Positions 1-8,152 of a DNA stretch of 16,784 nucleotides are shown piece by piece. Numbering within the stretch: the stretch's first letter is position 1; each line of letters opens with the position of its first letter. A program made the translations under genes and the position numbers. The stretch is taken from UHGV virus genome UHGV-0338128. One strand, given 5' to 3'. Under the pieces are notes generated by a model. The model saw nothing but the letters and a program-made list of their open reading frames with translations. It had not been told where the DNA came from and searched no databases. This DNA comes from a virus.

Positions 1-138
1 GGACTGTCAACGATCTACCGCTATCACCCTGTTGGGACTGTCATAACGCAACCTGAAATGTAATTCTTTTTCAAATAATGAAACGCCGCGTGGATGCCAT
101 TTATCGCACAAGATAGAGTGCATTTATCGCGCGGCGCA

Positions 139-528
139 TCAGGTGAGAATGTTGCGATCCAGTGCTTCCGGCACGGCATAGCCGCCGTCTTCATCGGTGC
201 CCACCTGCAATGCCTTGCGCTCCAGATCGCGCAGACCATCTTCACGGCCTTTACGCAGGAAGCCCACAAACGCTTCTTTATGCTCGGTGGCCAGTTTATT
301 TTGCGCACCACCTGCCGGACGTTTCAGCTCAAGCAGCTCTTTTTCAAGATCGCTTTTGAGGTTTTCCAGCTCGCTGAGTTTCCCGTTCAGGGTTTCCACC
401 TGCCCGGCAAGTTTGCCTTTTTCCTGCTCAATCGCATCCACGCGCTTGTCGTTCTTTGCTTTGAAGTCGTCAAACTTCTGCTGCAGCTCCTGCGCGACCT
501 GTTCGACATCTTTAATATCAACCGCCAT
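139..528 (-). pseudogene. HK97-family major capsid protein, N-terminal fragment (delta/scaffold-like coiled coil plus first residues of the mature domain); ORF stops after 129 aa
   Basis: ATG at 528 with AGGAG SD 7 nt upstream; stop of the upstream protease gene lies just before it. The translation is charged and coiled-coil-like (EQ/KL-rich) and ends ...TDEDGGYAVPEALDRNILT, which looks like the start of a mature capsid domain. Full-length HK97-type capsid proteins are about 350-400 aa; here an in-frame TGA occurs at 139-141 and bases 1-138 do not continue the capsid frame. Confidence 0.5.
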
Positions 529-542
529 CGTATTTCTCCTGA

Positions 543-1193
543 TTAGAAGTTCAGATTTTTCAGTGCATTCAGTGCAGAGCCCACATCCTCAGCGTCGCGC
601 AGGGACAGTGCGCCATAGCCCCCGGCCATGAATGCTTTGGCCTGGGTACGGGAGAGTCCGACATCACGCAGGACTCTTTCGATTTTTTTCTGTTCGGGGA
701 TTTCCCCGCGGGCCAGTGCGTTCTTGACGTCGCTGATCCGCGCCTCGTCGTTAGACGGGAACGTCACCAGGCTGACTTCCCAGAGGTCGATTTCTTTCAG
801 CAGAAAGGCTTCTTTGCTCCGGTCGTATTCCCAGTCTTTCAGGACGTACCCAATAGAAAGGCCGGTTAACGAACCGGCCTTCATGTGTGCATGTGCGCGT
901 TTTGCGAGGGGATCATCATCAATAAGCAACCGTCCCCTGACGTAAAGCCCGACATCGTCTTCCTTCATTTCGGTGTAAACACCGATGGGTTCATCCATGC
1001 GGTGCTGCCAGAGCAGCGCAGGTAACGCTTTTCTGTCACTCCACGCCCGCAGGGAAGCAGCAAATGCCCCGGACATCACCACATCATCGTGGCTGTCCTT
1101 TACACCAAAGACGGAGCCATACCCTTCAAACTCACCGGAGTCACTGACAGATTTCAGACTCAGCGGTACATCAAGACGTTGTTTCGTCTGCAT
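543..1193 (-). CDS. HK97-family prohead maturation protease
   Basis: Translation (...EGYGSVFGVKDSHDDVV...LVTFPSNDEARI...) resembles HK97 gp4-type head proteases and sits between portal and capsid as in HK97. Start chosen at the in-frame ATG at 1193, preceded by AAGGA; the six-frame ORF extends to an ATG at 1229, which would overlap the portal gene by 59 nt. Confidence 0.8.
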   Translation of the reverse strand: MQTKQRLDVPLSLKSVSDSGEFEGYGSVFGVKDSHDDVVMSGAFAASLRAWSDRKALPALLWQHRMDEPIGVYTEMKEDDVGLYVRGRLLIDDDPLAKRAHAHMKAGSLTGLSIGYVLKDWEYDRSKEAFLLKEIDLWEVSLVTFPSNDEARISDVKNALARGEIPEQKKIERVLRDVGLSRTQAKAFMAGGYGALSLRDAEDVGSALNALKNLNF

Positions 1194-2412
1194 TGGCGTT
1201 ATCCTTCTGCTTACCGGCTTTACTGCCATCGGAGGGTTTCGTGGTCATGTTCATCGGTGTGAGATAGACATCCCCACCGGGACGGGGATTCATATCTTCC
1301 AGGTCGCGGCAGTCATTGGGAGAGTAAATTCCCCAGTTAATCCCGGTGGCGTAGGCTTCAAAACGGGACTTCATATCCCCGCGCAGTAACGCCCCGGCGT
1401 TAAATTTGGCGTAATAAACGCCCTGCTTACTTTTTCGAACCAGTCCGGTGTTGATCCGCTGCTCGATGCGGGTCAGATACGGCACCAGTGAATAGTTGAT
1501 AAATCCCAGCCCCAGCTCTTCAATATTGTTGAAGGTGGCGCGATCGGTGTTCTGCACCATGTGCAACGGCACCCGGAACAGACGACAGATTTCTTCAAGC
1601 TGAAACTTGCGGGTTTCCAGGAACTGGCTGTCCTCGGCGTTCAGCGCCATCGACTTCCAGTCCAGCCCCATCTCAAGGATCATCGGGCGGTGAGCATTAC
1701 CAAGCCCGGTGTGACGCTCCTCAAAATCTTTCTTCAGGCGCTCGTAAGCCTGATCTGACAGCGTCTGCTCTGTACGCAACACACCCGACGTCACCGCACC
1801 ATTGCTGAACAGTCTGGCCCCGTGCTCTTCGGTCGCAGCTGCCAGCGATATTGCCTCGCGGGCATAGGCGATGGGATTCAGCCCCACCAGACCGTCCAGC
1901 GTCAGCGTGCGCACATGCCAGATATCTTCCTGGCTCAGCACATCCGTGGAGCCGTCCGAGAATGTGACCTGATAGACCGGCTCCCAGCTACTGTTAAGCT
2001 TCGGTACCACACAGCCAGGATCGACGGGCAGCAGTTCAGCCACTTCGCCAAATGCTTTCACTTTGTAGGCGTAAAAGTTTCCCCGCAGGCACAGACAGGT
2101 GACCACCAGCTCCCAGAACTCCTGCGGCGTCATATAGCCATTGGGATGCGTGGAGATCAGCTTATGCAGACGTTCGCCGGTGGCCCTCTGTTTCAGGCTG
2201 CCGTTCAGGTGATACAGATTGCAGGGCAACATCCCGACCGACTCTGCCAGCACCCTGACGCAGGAAAAAACCGCCGTCAGTCGCATGGCCCGCTGGCTGC
2301 TGATCTGCTTTCCGGTATAGGTGTCGTATGACAGCCCGATAGCCTCCGCCAGCTCTGCTGGCGTGGTCACCGGCGCGTCACTTTTTCGTTGAAATAATCC
2401 CGAAAAGAACAC
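1171..2412 (-). CDS. phage portal protein, HK97 family
   Basis: 413-aa ORF with portal-like N-terminal region (RLTAVFSCVRVLAESVGMLP) and length, between terminase and protease. GTG start at 2412 preceded by GGAGG; its start overlaps the stop of the upstream small ORF. Confidence 0.85.
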   Translation of the reverse strand: MFFSGLFQRKSDAPVTTPAELAEAIGLSYDTYTGKQISSQRAMRLTAVFSCVRVLAESVGMLPCNLYHLNGSLKQRATGERLHKLISTHPNGYMTPQEFWELVVTCLCLRGNFYAYKVKAFGEVAELLPVDPGCVVPKLNSSWEPVYQVTFSDGSTDVLSQEDIWHVRTLTLDGLVGLNPIAYAREAISLAAATEEHGARLFSNGAVTSGVLRTEQTLSDQAYERLKKDFEERHTGLGNAHRPMILEMGLDWKSMALNAEDSQFLETRKFQLEEICRLFRVPLHMVQNTDRATFNNIEELGLGFINYSLVPYLTRIEQRINTGLVRKSKQGVYYAKFNAGALLRGDMKSRFEAYATGINWGIYSPNDCRDLEDMNPRPGGDVYLTPMNMTTKPSDGSKAGKQKDNANADETTS

Positions 2413-2594
2413 TATTTACCTCCGCCGACAGACAGCTGTGTACGATCGAGATATCGCGCCACCAGCCACGACCAGAACAGGCACAGCGCCCCGGCAACAA
2501 CAAAACCCGCCGGGGGATAAATCAGCCAGGCACCATATGCCAGCAAAAGCGCACCCAGCACGCCCACCAGAGGCGCGAGAATCAGCATGATCAT
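2412..2594 (-). CDS. small hydrophobic protein (two predicted transmembrane helices), unknown function
   Basis: 60-aa [52 protein letters not shown]..., with GAGG 6 nt before the ATG. It exactly fills the gap between the terL stop (2606) and the portal start (2412). Confidence 0.5.
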   Translation of the reverse strand: MIMLILAPLVGVLGALLLAYGAWLIYPPAGFVVAGALCLFWSWLVARYLDRTQLSVGGGK

Positions 2595-2605
2595 AATTAC
2601 CTCAG

Positions 2606-4339
2606 TTAAAGCGAGCGGATCCCGTAGGACTCAATGTGGTCAGACAGCGTGTCTTCTTTCTCGTACAACATGGCTCTGCCAACCGCCATAATCAGCGCAA
2701 CTGCACCATCGATTTTGTTTTCCGCCTGCTCTTTGACGGGTTTCACCACATCATCGTTACCCGGAATGGTTTTGCCGACCACGTTGCCGATACACCAGGT
2801 CATGATGGGATTGCCATCATGATGAAAGCGCCCCGATTCAATTGCCGCTTCCAGCTCTTTCATCGGGTCGGACATGTTGGTGTAGTTCTGAATGATAGTG
2901 ATGGGGTTCAGGTCTTCATCAGCAAGGTCATGTGACAACCCGGTCGCCCCGAAGGGGTCGATGGGTGACTCACTGACCGGGCTGATTTTGTTCGCCGCTT
3001 TGGCCTCCTCGAGGATGTAGCGATAATCCACCTCCGCACCATCGGTAACGGTCAGAACGCCCATTTCCACCCATTTCTGAAAGCGTTCGGCTGTCCGTCG
3101 ATCTTCATTTTTCTCGACGCTGTACACCGTGTCATACGGTACCCAGAAACGCGGGGCCACACTGTAGTAATGCGTTTTACCGTCAATCTCGCGGGTATAA
3201 AGTCGCGCCATGCTGTTCATATCCAGCTTACGCGCCAGGTCAAAGGCCAGAATGCACGGCTGCCCCTCGAACTGCTCAAGGGTCAGTGATTTATCCTCGC
3301 AGCTCTGCCAGCTCACCAGGTTGAAATACGCCGAACGCGCCGACACCCAGATATTGAGGTGTTTTGTTTTAAAGACGTTTGCCAGACGGGCGTTATTTTT
3401 CGCACGCTGCTGCTGACTTAACAAAAATTCGCGATAAACCGACACGCCAATATTTGGATTGGCTTTTTCCAGCACCTGCGGGTCGGTCCAGTCGTCACCT
3501 TCATCAACGGTATAGATGATCCCGAACAGTTCATCGTTAGGCACCGAGCCATTGAGCATCTCGATGACTTCCCGCCGCTTGTCGTAGCACGGCCCCTCAA
3601 TGTTGTACCCGGCGGTGGTGATAGCCCACATCAGTGGCTGACGTCGCGCCCCCATCCCGGTAAGCATCGTGGTGTAAAGCGCATCGGTGGCGTGCTCGTG
3701 ATATTCATCCACCACCGCACAGTGGGGTGATGAACCATCACCGGGGTTACCGATCAGCGGTTCAAACCGCGCGCCATCCTCCGGACGGTTCATGTTTGAG
3801 GCGTTAACCTCAATCCCGAACGCTTCCGTCAGCATGGGTGTGCGTTTACACATCAGTCGAGCCGGGCGAAAGACTTCCCACGCCTGTTTCTCTGTCGTGG
3901 CACCGGAATACACTTCCGCGCCAAACTCGTTATCACAGGCAAAACAATACAGGGCAACACCGGCAGAGATTGCCGATTTGCCGTTCTTACGGGGGATTTC
4001 GGTATACACCTCCCGGAAGCGGCGCAGCCGGGAGCCTTTATTGACCCAGCCAAACGCGCAGCAGATCACAAAGAGCTGCCACGGCTCCAGCGTGATGGGC
4101 ATCCTCTTAAATGCCCACTCACCCTTGGTGTGCGGCAACAGCTGAATAAATTTGGCGGCCCGTTCAGCCAGGTCCTTGTCGAAGCGGTAACGAAACGACT
4201 TACTTTTTTCCGCCATCAGGTCATCAAGATGGCGCTGGCAGGCCTGAATCACAAACTGGCAGGCCACAATCTTTCCGCGCACGACATCCCGGGCATACTG
4301 ATTGGCAGCATTTACGTTGGGGTAAGATTTCCGGCTCAT
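2606..4339 (-). CDS. terminase large subunit
   Basis: 577-aa ORF with an ATPase-like N-terminal region ([14 protein letters not shown]..., Walker-A-like) and nuclease-like C-terminal half. Its ATG overlaps the terS stop in an ATGA junction. Confidence 0.9.
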   Translation of the reverse strand: MSRKSYPNVNAANQYARDVVRGKIVACQFVIQACQRHLDDLMAEKSKSFRYRFDKDLAERAAKFIQLLPHTKGEWAFKRMPITLEPWQLFVICCAFGWVNKGSRLRRFREVYTEIPRKNGKSAISAGVALYCFACDNEFGAEVYSGATTEKQAWEVFRPARLMCKRTPMLTEAFGIEVNASNMNRPEDGARFEPLIGNPGDGSSPHCAVVDEYHEHATDALYTTMLTGMGARRQPLMWAITTAGYNIEGPCYDKRREVIEMLNGSVPNDELFGIIYTVDEGDDWTDPQVLEKANPNIGVSVYREFLLSQQQRAKNNARLANVFKTKHLNIWVSARSAYFNLVSWQSCEDKSLTLEQFEGQPCILAFDLARKLDMNSMARLYTREIDGKTHYYSVAPRFWVPYDTVYSVEKNEDRRTAERFQKWVEMGVLTVTDGAEVDYRYILEEAKAANKISPVSESPIDPFGATGLSHDLADEDLNPITIIQNYTNMSDPMKELEAAIESGRFHHDGNPIMTWCIGNVVGKTIPGNDDVVKPVKEQAENKIDGAVALIMAVGRAMLYEKEDTLSDHIESYGIRSL

Positions 4340-4830
4340 GATTCGATGATTTTCAGAAACGGGTTAGTGGCTTTCTTCTGCCCCGCCAGGCCAATCAGAC
4401 GCTGACGGCTGCTGGGGTCGAGTCCGAGCATTGCCCCCGTGCTGCTCATCTCGGACTCCTGTTCTTTTTTGGCTGTCAGCTCCGGATTTTTGACCCTGCC
4501 GCCCATTGCGCCGGTGATGGTATTGCCCTGTATGGCAATATTTTTCACAGCACGTCGCCAGAACTCATAGGCCACGCACCACCGCTCAAGCACCGCGAGG
4601 TCAGTCACGCACAGCAGGCCCTGACCGCAGAGTTCTTTGGTTGTCAGTTGCCACATGATCGTGGCGAGAGGGAGATCTTCTTCAGCGAACCACTCCGGTG
4701 GCTCAACACCTTTGATGGGCGTAAAAACAGGTTCATCTTTGTTCAGGGCTCGCTTGCCGGGGTTTCCGGCCAGCGCCTTGCGCGCCGTTGGCTTGGGGCG
4801 ACGCCCGGAACGCCCCGCCGTTCCAGCCAT
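4336..4830 (-). CDS. terminase small subunit (P27-like family)
   Basis: N-terminus [28 protein letters not shown] is typical of P27-type small terminases. Start taken at the ATG at 4830 (AGGAG 8 nt upstream); the ORF track start at 4839 is a GTG three codons earlier. Confidence 0.8.
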   Translation of the reverse strand: MAGTAGRSGRRPKPTARKALAGNPGKRALNKDEPVFTPIKGVEPPEWFAEEDLPLATIMWQLTTKELCGQGLLCVTDLAVLERWCVAYEFWRRAVKNIAIQGNTITGAMGGRVKNPELTAKKEQESEMSSTGAMLGLDPSSRQRLIGLAGQKKATNPFLKIIES

Positions 4831-4880
4831 ATGCGGCACTCCTGGTTAAATTTCATTTTTCGCGGGTATAAAAAAACGAT

Positions 4881-4929
4881 GGGGCGGGCAGTCCGGAAGA
4901 CGTCAGGTCACAGGGATTTGACCCGCCCC
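4881..4929. other. candidate cos / terminase recognition region: inverted repeat GGGGCGGG (4881-4888) ... CCCGCCCC (4922-4929)
   Basis: An 8-bp GC-rich inverted repeat with a 33-bp spacer lies in the 116-bp gap between HNH endonuclease and terS. In HK97-like phages the cos site is in this position. Confidence 0.3.
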
Positions 4930-4955
4930 TCCCCTCAGAAAGTTGAGAATTATTA

Positions 4956-5306
4956 TCACTTCAGTCGTTCACGGGCCGTCTTCGCCTTATGACACGGCCA
5001 GCACAGGCTCTGCAGATTGCAGTCTGCATCAGTGCCGCCATGCGCTTTAGGGATGATGTGGTCAACGGTTTTCGCCTCACGCACCACACCGACATGCAGG
5101 CACAACTGACACAGGCCTTTGTCACGCTTCAGCACGCGCGCGCGGATAACATCCCACTTCGAACCGTAGCCGCGCTGGTGACGGGATTGTCCTGGCTTGT
5201 ATTGTTTCCAGCCTTCGCTTTTGTGGCTTTCACAATAGCCTGACGGATCAGTGGTGGTTTGGCGGCAGCCGCGAACGCGGCAGGCTTTTGGGGTTCGTGG
5301 GGGCAT
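4956..5306 (-). CDS. HNH endonuclease (HK97 gp74-like, packaging-associated)
   Basis: 116-aa ORF with Cys pairs (CRVRGC, CESH, CQLC) and the HNH core DHIIPKAHGGTDADCNLQSLCWPCH, located immediately upstream of terS. Confidence 0.85.
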   Translation of the reverse strand: MPPRTPKACRVRGCRQTTTDPSGYCESHKSEGWKQYKPGQSRHQRGYGSKWDVIRARVLKRDKGLCQLCLHVGVVREAKTVDHIIPKAHGGTDADCNLQSLCWPCHKAKTARERLK

Positions 5307-5408
5307 TTAAAGTGGGATCTAACTCTAATAATTTAAAAAATTTAATTGGGTCTTGATATTAATCACATAGACTCAATGCTCTTTAGTTCTTACATAGGTG
5401 GTTGTATT

Positions 5409-5849
5409 ATGAGTATCCCCAGTTTAGATGTTCATAAAGTTGTTAAGTGCGCAGAGCATAAAAAGGCTTTAGATGCAATATCTCTCAAACTTAAGAATAA
5501 CATTATTGACTCAAGCTCTGAATACGATTTTCTTGGCGACACAATAATTTTCAATAAAGATAAAAAAAATAGGTTAACCCTCAAACTTTCAACATATGAA
5601 CTAGAACTTATTTTCAAAGAAACACTGCTAGTCATTGATGAAGCTCCTGTATTGAAGTTTGCTGCCATTGACCCAACCGATGAAAATAACAACGAGCTGA
5701 TTGATTTATTTTTATCCAAAGGTGGATTTATTTATATTAGAGAATACAAATCCGAGCCACATTATGAGTATGGCGACACTTCTCTATTTTTACATATACT
5801 TGACGCTACTCTTAAAGAGCTTAAATCTGCAAACAAAATATCCTATTAA
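5409..5849 (+). CDS. hypothetical protein, AT-rich moron, 146 aa
   Basis: ATG at 5409 with AGGTGG 7 nt upstream; the ORF track extends it to a TTG at 5346. Strongly AT-rich compared with flanking phage genes. Oriented opposite to the late operon. No family recognised. Confidence 0.55.
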   Translation: MSIPSLDVHKVVKCAEHKKALDAISLKLKNNIIDSSSEYDFLGDTIIFNKDKKNRLTLKLSTYELELIFKETLLVIDEAPVLKFAAIDPTDENNNELIDLFLSKGGFIYIREYKSEPHYEYGDTSLFLHILDATLKELKSANKISY

Positions 5850-5955
5850 ATAAATTTTTGCTAACATAGCCCCGCGCCATGACAAGATTTTCTGTTCTAG
5901 ATGCAAGGGCTATGTGTGAATATCTATAAACAAAAAACCCATCCGGTGATTTTTG

Positions 5956-6180
5956 TCATTTTTTAGCCATCTCAATTGCGGCATCAAAAAGTCGTTCAAG
6001 AATAAAATCAGGGTACTGTAATTTTTCTTGCTCGATATGAAGCTCATAAATTTTCCCTTCCCACTCCCATTTAAAATTAAATCCAGAAGCAGAAGGTGCG
6101 AAATGTGTTTTAGCTTTAGGGTTAGCGTAACCAGCAACAGTCAACACATCAAACTTAAAATCTTGAGGTTTAATACGCAT
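5956..6180 (-). CDS. hypothetical small protein, AT-rich moron, about 74 aa
   Basis: Start taken at the ATG at 6180 (MRIKPQDFKF...) with AAGGA upstream; the ORF track starts at 6207 (MMNLAKDMIM...). Convergent with the 146-aa gene. No family recognised. Confidence 0.5.
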   Translation of the reverse strand: MRIKPQDFKFDVLTVAGYANPKAKTHFAPSASGFNFKWEWEGKIYELHIEQEKLQYPDFILERLFDAAIEMAKK

Positions 6181-6212
6181 AATCATATCCTTTGCCAAGT
6201 TCATCATTATTC

Positions 6213-6247
6213 TTCGCGATTATAAAACAATGAATAAAATCATTAAA
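6213..6247 (-). promoter_or_regulatory. candidate sigma70 promoter for the 74-aa moron gene (-10 TATAAT, -35 TTTAAT, 17-bp spacer)
   Basis: On the minus strand a perfect TATAAT (plus 6219-6224) lies 17 bp after TTTAAT (plus 6242-6247), about 35 nt upstream of the ATG at 6180. Confidence 0.3.
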
Positions 6248-6277
6248 GCATAGACGTTAAATATCCTCAAAATGTGA

Positions 6278-6715
6278 TTAGTTGGGACATTGCGTCCTGA
6301 TATACTCCTGCAAGTAATTGACCTGTGAGGTTATCTTGTCGATTCCACTTCGGAGACGGTAATAATGGAGTTCAGCATCTGCTGTAAGTCTAGGGCTTTC
6401 TCCATCGCCCATGCCGCTGGCTCCGGTCGTTGACTTTGTACAGGTGGCGGCGACTTGCAGGCGCTTATGCCCAGCAGAAACATCAGCACGAAGACTTTCG
6501 ATAGTCGCATTAGCATCAGCAAGCTCCTTTGTATATCTGGCATCGAGTTCAGCTACATTACGTTGACGCTTCTGCATATCAGCGATGATGGATGTGGCTT
6601 TATCGCGCTGTACTTTGTAGACGATGGCGTCATCACGGTAATTATCAACAGCCCATGACAAGCAGACGATGATGCAGATAACCAGAGCGGATATAATCAC
6701 CGTTACTCTGCTCAT
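6278..6715 (-). CDS. Rz: i-spanin Rz
   Basis: N-terminus [23 protein letters not shown] (signal-anchor) followed by coiled coil; closely resembles lambda Rz as I recall it. Start overlaps the endolysin stop. Confidence 0.9.
   Translation of the reverse strand: MSRVTVIISALVICIIVCLSWAVDNYRDDAIVYKVQRDKATSIIADMQKRQRNVAELDARYTKELADANATIESLRADVSAGHKRLQVAATCTKSTTGASGMGDGESPRLTADAELHYYRLRSGIDKITSQVNYLQEYIRTQCPN
6331..6516 (-). CDS. Rz1: o-spanin Rz1 (lipoprotein embedded in Rz in a different frame)
   Basis: Embedded ORF with lipobox LLGISAC followed by a proline-rich segment ([13 protein letters not shown]). Start taken at the ATG at 6516 (AAGGAG 8 nt upstream); the ORF track extends to 6543. Confidence 0.75.
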   Translation of the reverse strand: MLMRLSKVFVLMFLLGISACKSPPPVQSQRPEPAAWAMEKALDLQQMLNSIITVSEVESTR

Positions 6716-7188
6716 ACCTGAATCTCTTTGACCGTTCCGCCGGCTTCTTTGAATTTTGCAATCAGGCTGTCAGCCTTATGCTCAAACTGACCATAACCAG
6801 CTCCCGGCAGTGAAGCCCAGATATTGCTGCAACGGTCGATAGCCTGACGAATATCACCGCGATCAATCATCGGTAAAGCACCACGCTCTTTAATCTGCTG
6901 CAGTGCAACAGCATCCTGGCTTTTTGGAGAGAAGTCTTTCAGTCCAAGCTGTTTACGGTATGCATCCCACCAGCGGGAAAGAAGCTGGTAGCGCCCGGCA
7001 GCCGTTGATTTGAGTTTTGGGTTTAGCGTGACAAGTCTGCGAGGGTGATCGGAGTAATCAGTGAATATTTCTCCGCCCACAATGACGTCATAACCATGAT
7101 TACGTGTCGGTTGTAGCCCATTATCCGTTCCTTCTGACCAGGCCACCATATCGAGGAAAGCTTTACGCTGAGGATTAAGATTTTGCAT
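6712..7188 (-). CDS. R: endolysin, lambda R-type lytic transglycosylase
   Basis: 158 aa; [24 protein letters not shown]...[86 protein letters not shown] is near-identical to lambda R as I recall it. Confidence 0.95.
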   Translation of the reverse strand: MQNLNPQRKAFLDMVAWSEGTDNGLQPTRNHGYDVIVGGEIFTDYSDHPRRLVTLNPKLKSTAAGRYQLLSRWWDAYRKQLGLKDFSPKSQDAVALQQIKERGALPMIDRGDIRQAIDRCSNIWASLPGAGYGQFEHKADSLIAKFKEAGGTVKEIQV

Positions 7189-7579
7189 TTTTCACCCCTG
7201 TCAGTCGTTCCCAGAAGTACGTCAGTGCAACCGAACCCATCGCACCACTAATCCCCGCAGTTGCGAGAATCATGTAAATACTGAATCCACTTTCGATACT
7301 GATTAGGCCACCAATAACACCGGTGAATCCTGATACAACTATCTGAGCGAGGGCATTTATCCAGCTCCACGTTGCTTTACTCTGCTTCACATCAATCAGG
7401 TAACGGACAAGCCCCCCCCAACCTGCGATGATCAGCAAAACAAGCCAGAACGCTCCGGCAAGATTCTCTTTTTCGTGCATATGAATAGCCGCAGTTTCGC
7501 CTCCGACAGAAAATCGGAGCGTGAAATGATATGTTGATTTATTATTAATTCGAAAATTACATTCTAATTCATCAGGCAT
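7175..7579 (-). CDS. holin (three predicted TM segments; not lambda S or phage 21 S type)
   Basis: Three hydrophobic segments (GAFWLVLLIIAGWGGLV, WINALAQIVVSGFTGVIGGLI, FSIYMILATAGISGAMGSVAL) directly upstream of and overlapping the endolysin gene. Start uncertain: ATG at 7579 has no SD; an in-frame ATG at 7480 (MHEKEN...) gives about 101 aa. Confidence 0.7.
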   Translation of the reverse strand: MPDELECNFRINNKSTYHFTLRFSVGGETAAIHMHEKENLAGAFWLVLLIIAGWGGLVRYLIDVKQSKATWSWINALAQIVVSGFTGVIGGLISIESGFSIYMILATAGISGAMGSVALTYFWERLTGVKNAKS

Positions 7580-7597
7580 TGATGATTTTATAATAAT

Positions 7598-7620
7598 AAA
7601 GGCCGTTCGTTACGGCCTTT
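7598..7620 (-). terminator. intrinsic terminator-like hairpin after the acidic moron gene
   Basis: GGCCGT (7601-7606) / ACGGCC (7612-7617) stem with a 5-nt loop, flanked by A/T runs on both sides; read on the minus strand it is followed by UUUAUUAUUAU. Confidence 0.45.
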
Positions 7621-7631
7621 ATTATTGATAT

Positions 7632-7967
7632 TTATTTTACATCCCAAGGTAGTTCCTCAAGAGAGAAGACTAATTCATTATCAATAATTTCGTATTCTGC
7701 ATAACCTTCAACCTCTCCTGAGAAGTTATTGTCAACGCATCCTTCATAATAGCTATATGGTGCTATAAAGTGAAACCCATATTCATCTATCTCTGTGATT
7801 TCAAAATTGTAGTAATCGTAAGAATATCGAATATCATCATCAGAAATAGAACTAAGTACATAGTTATTAAATTTATCGGAATGCTTAACGATAAGTTCTG
7901 ACAACGCGTCAAGATTCTCTGGAGAGATATTTCCTAACGGTAATCTGTACTCAACGGCATTAATCAT
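7632..7967 (-). CDS. hypothetical highly acidic protein (111 aa), late-operon moron
   Basis: ATG at 7967 with strong AAAGGAGG SD. By my hand count about 24 Asp/Glu against about 5 Lys/Arg, and rich in Tyr/Phe. AT-rich. Bracketed by two terminator-like hairpins, downstream of Q and upstream of holin. Confidence 0.6.
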   Translation of the reverse strand: MINAVEYRLPLGNISPENLDALSELIVKHSDKFNNYVLSSISDDDIRYSYDYYNFEITEIDEYGFHFIAPYSYYEGCVDNNFSGEVEGYAEYEIIDNELVFSLEELPWDVK

Positions 7968-8019
7968 ACAACCTCCTTTTTAACTGATATGAGGTTATAT
8001 AATGTGTTTCAGTACAAGT

Positions 8020-8045
8020 AAATAAAAACCCGCTCAACAGCGGGT
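8020..8045 (-). terminator. candidate tR' intrinsic terminator
   Basis: On the minus strand: ACCCGCU-GUUG-AGCGGGU hairpin (plus 8028-8045) followed by UUUUUAUUU, about 110 nt downstream of the Q stop. Confidence 0.6.
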
Positions 8046-8086
8046 TCGTGAAAATTATCAACGGCAGACATACAAAGCCCATCGTT

Positions 8087-8121
8087 GAGAAAATCTTATC
8101 CATATTTTTTGAAAAATGCAA
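8087..8121 (-). promoter_or_regulatory. candidate late promoter PR' (-35 TTGCAT, -10 TAAGAT, 17-bp spacer) with presumed Q-utilisation region
   Basis: On the minus strand TTGCAT (plus 8116-8121) and TAAGAT (plus 8093-8098) lie between the Q stop (8153) and the tR'-like terminator. Position fits lambdoid PR'. Not experimentally verifiable from sequence. Confidence 0.35.
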
Positions 8122-8152
8122 GCTTCATGTCACTATCTTCGGCGAAAATCAC

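Noticed and set aside
24-311. 95-aa minus-strand ORF overlapping the capsid fragment in another frame
   Set aside because: It overlaps the capsid-like ORF rather than continuing it, has no SD, and its translation has no capsid-like or other recognisable character; likely a chance frame.
94-631. Plus-strand ORFs (94-546, 162-359, 197-631) antisense to the capsid fragment
   Set aside because: Antisense shadow ORFs of a coding region; low-complexity Ser/Arg-rich translations; no ribosome-binding sites.
1822-2331. 169-aa plus-strand ORF inside the portal gene
   Set aside because: Entirely antisense to a well-supported portal gene; Arg/Gln/His-rich composition typical of GC-rich antisense frames.
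5409-5849. Bor lipoprotein at the bor position
   Set aside because: The 146-aa product has no signal peptide or lipobox and does not resemble Bor as I recall it; only the position and orientation are bor-like.
5850-5955. Possible bidirectional terminator between the convergent moron genes (ACAAAAA...TTTTTGT around 5929-5954)
   Set aside because: The A/T runs flank a segment without a convincing GC stem; I could not draw a stable hairpin by eye, so it is not called.
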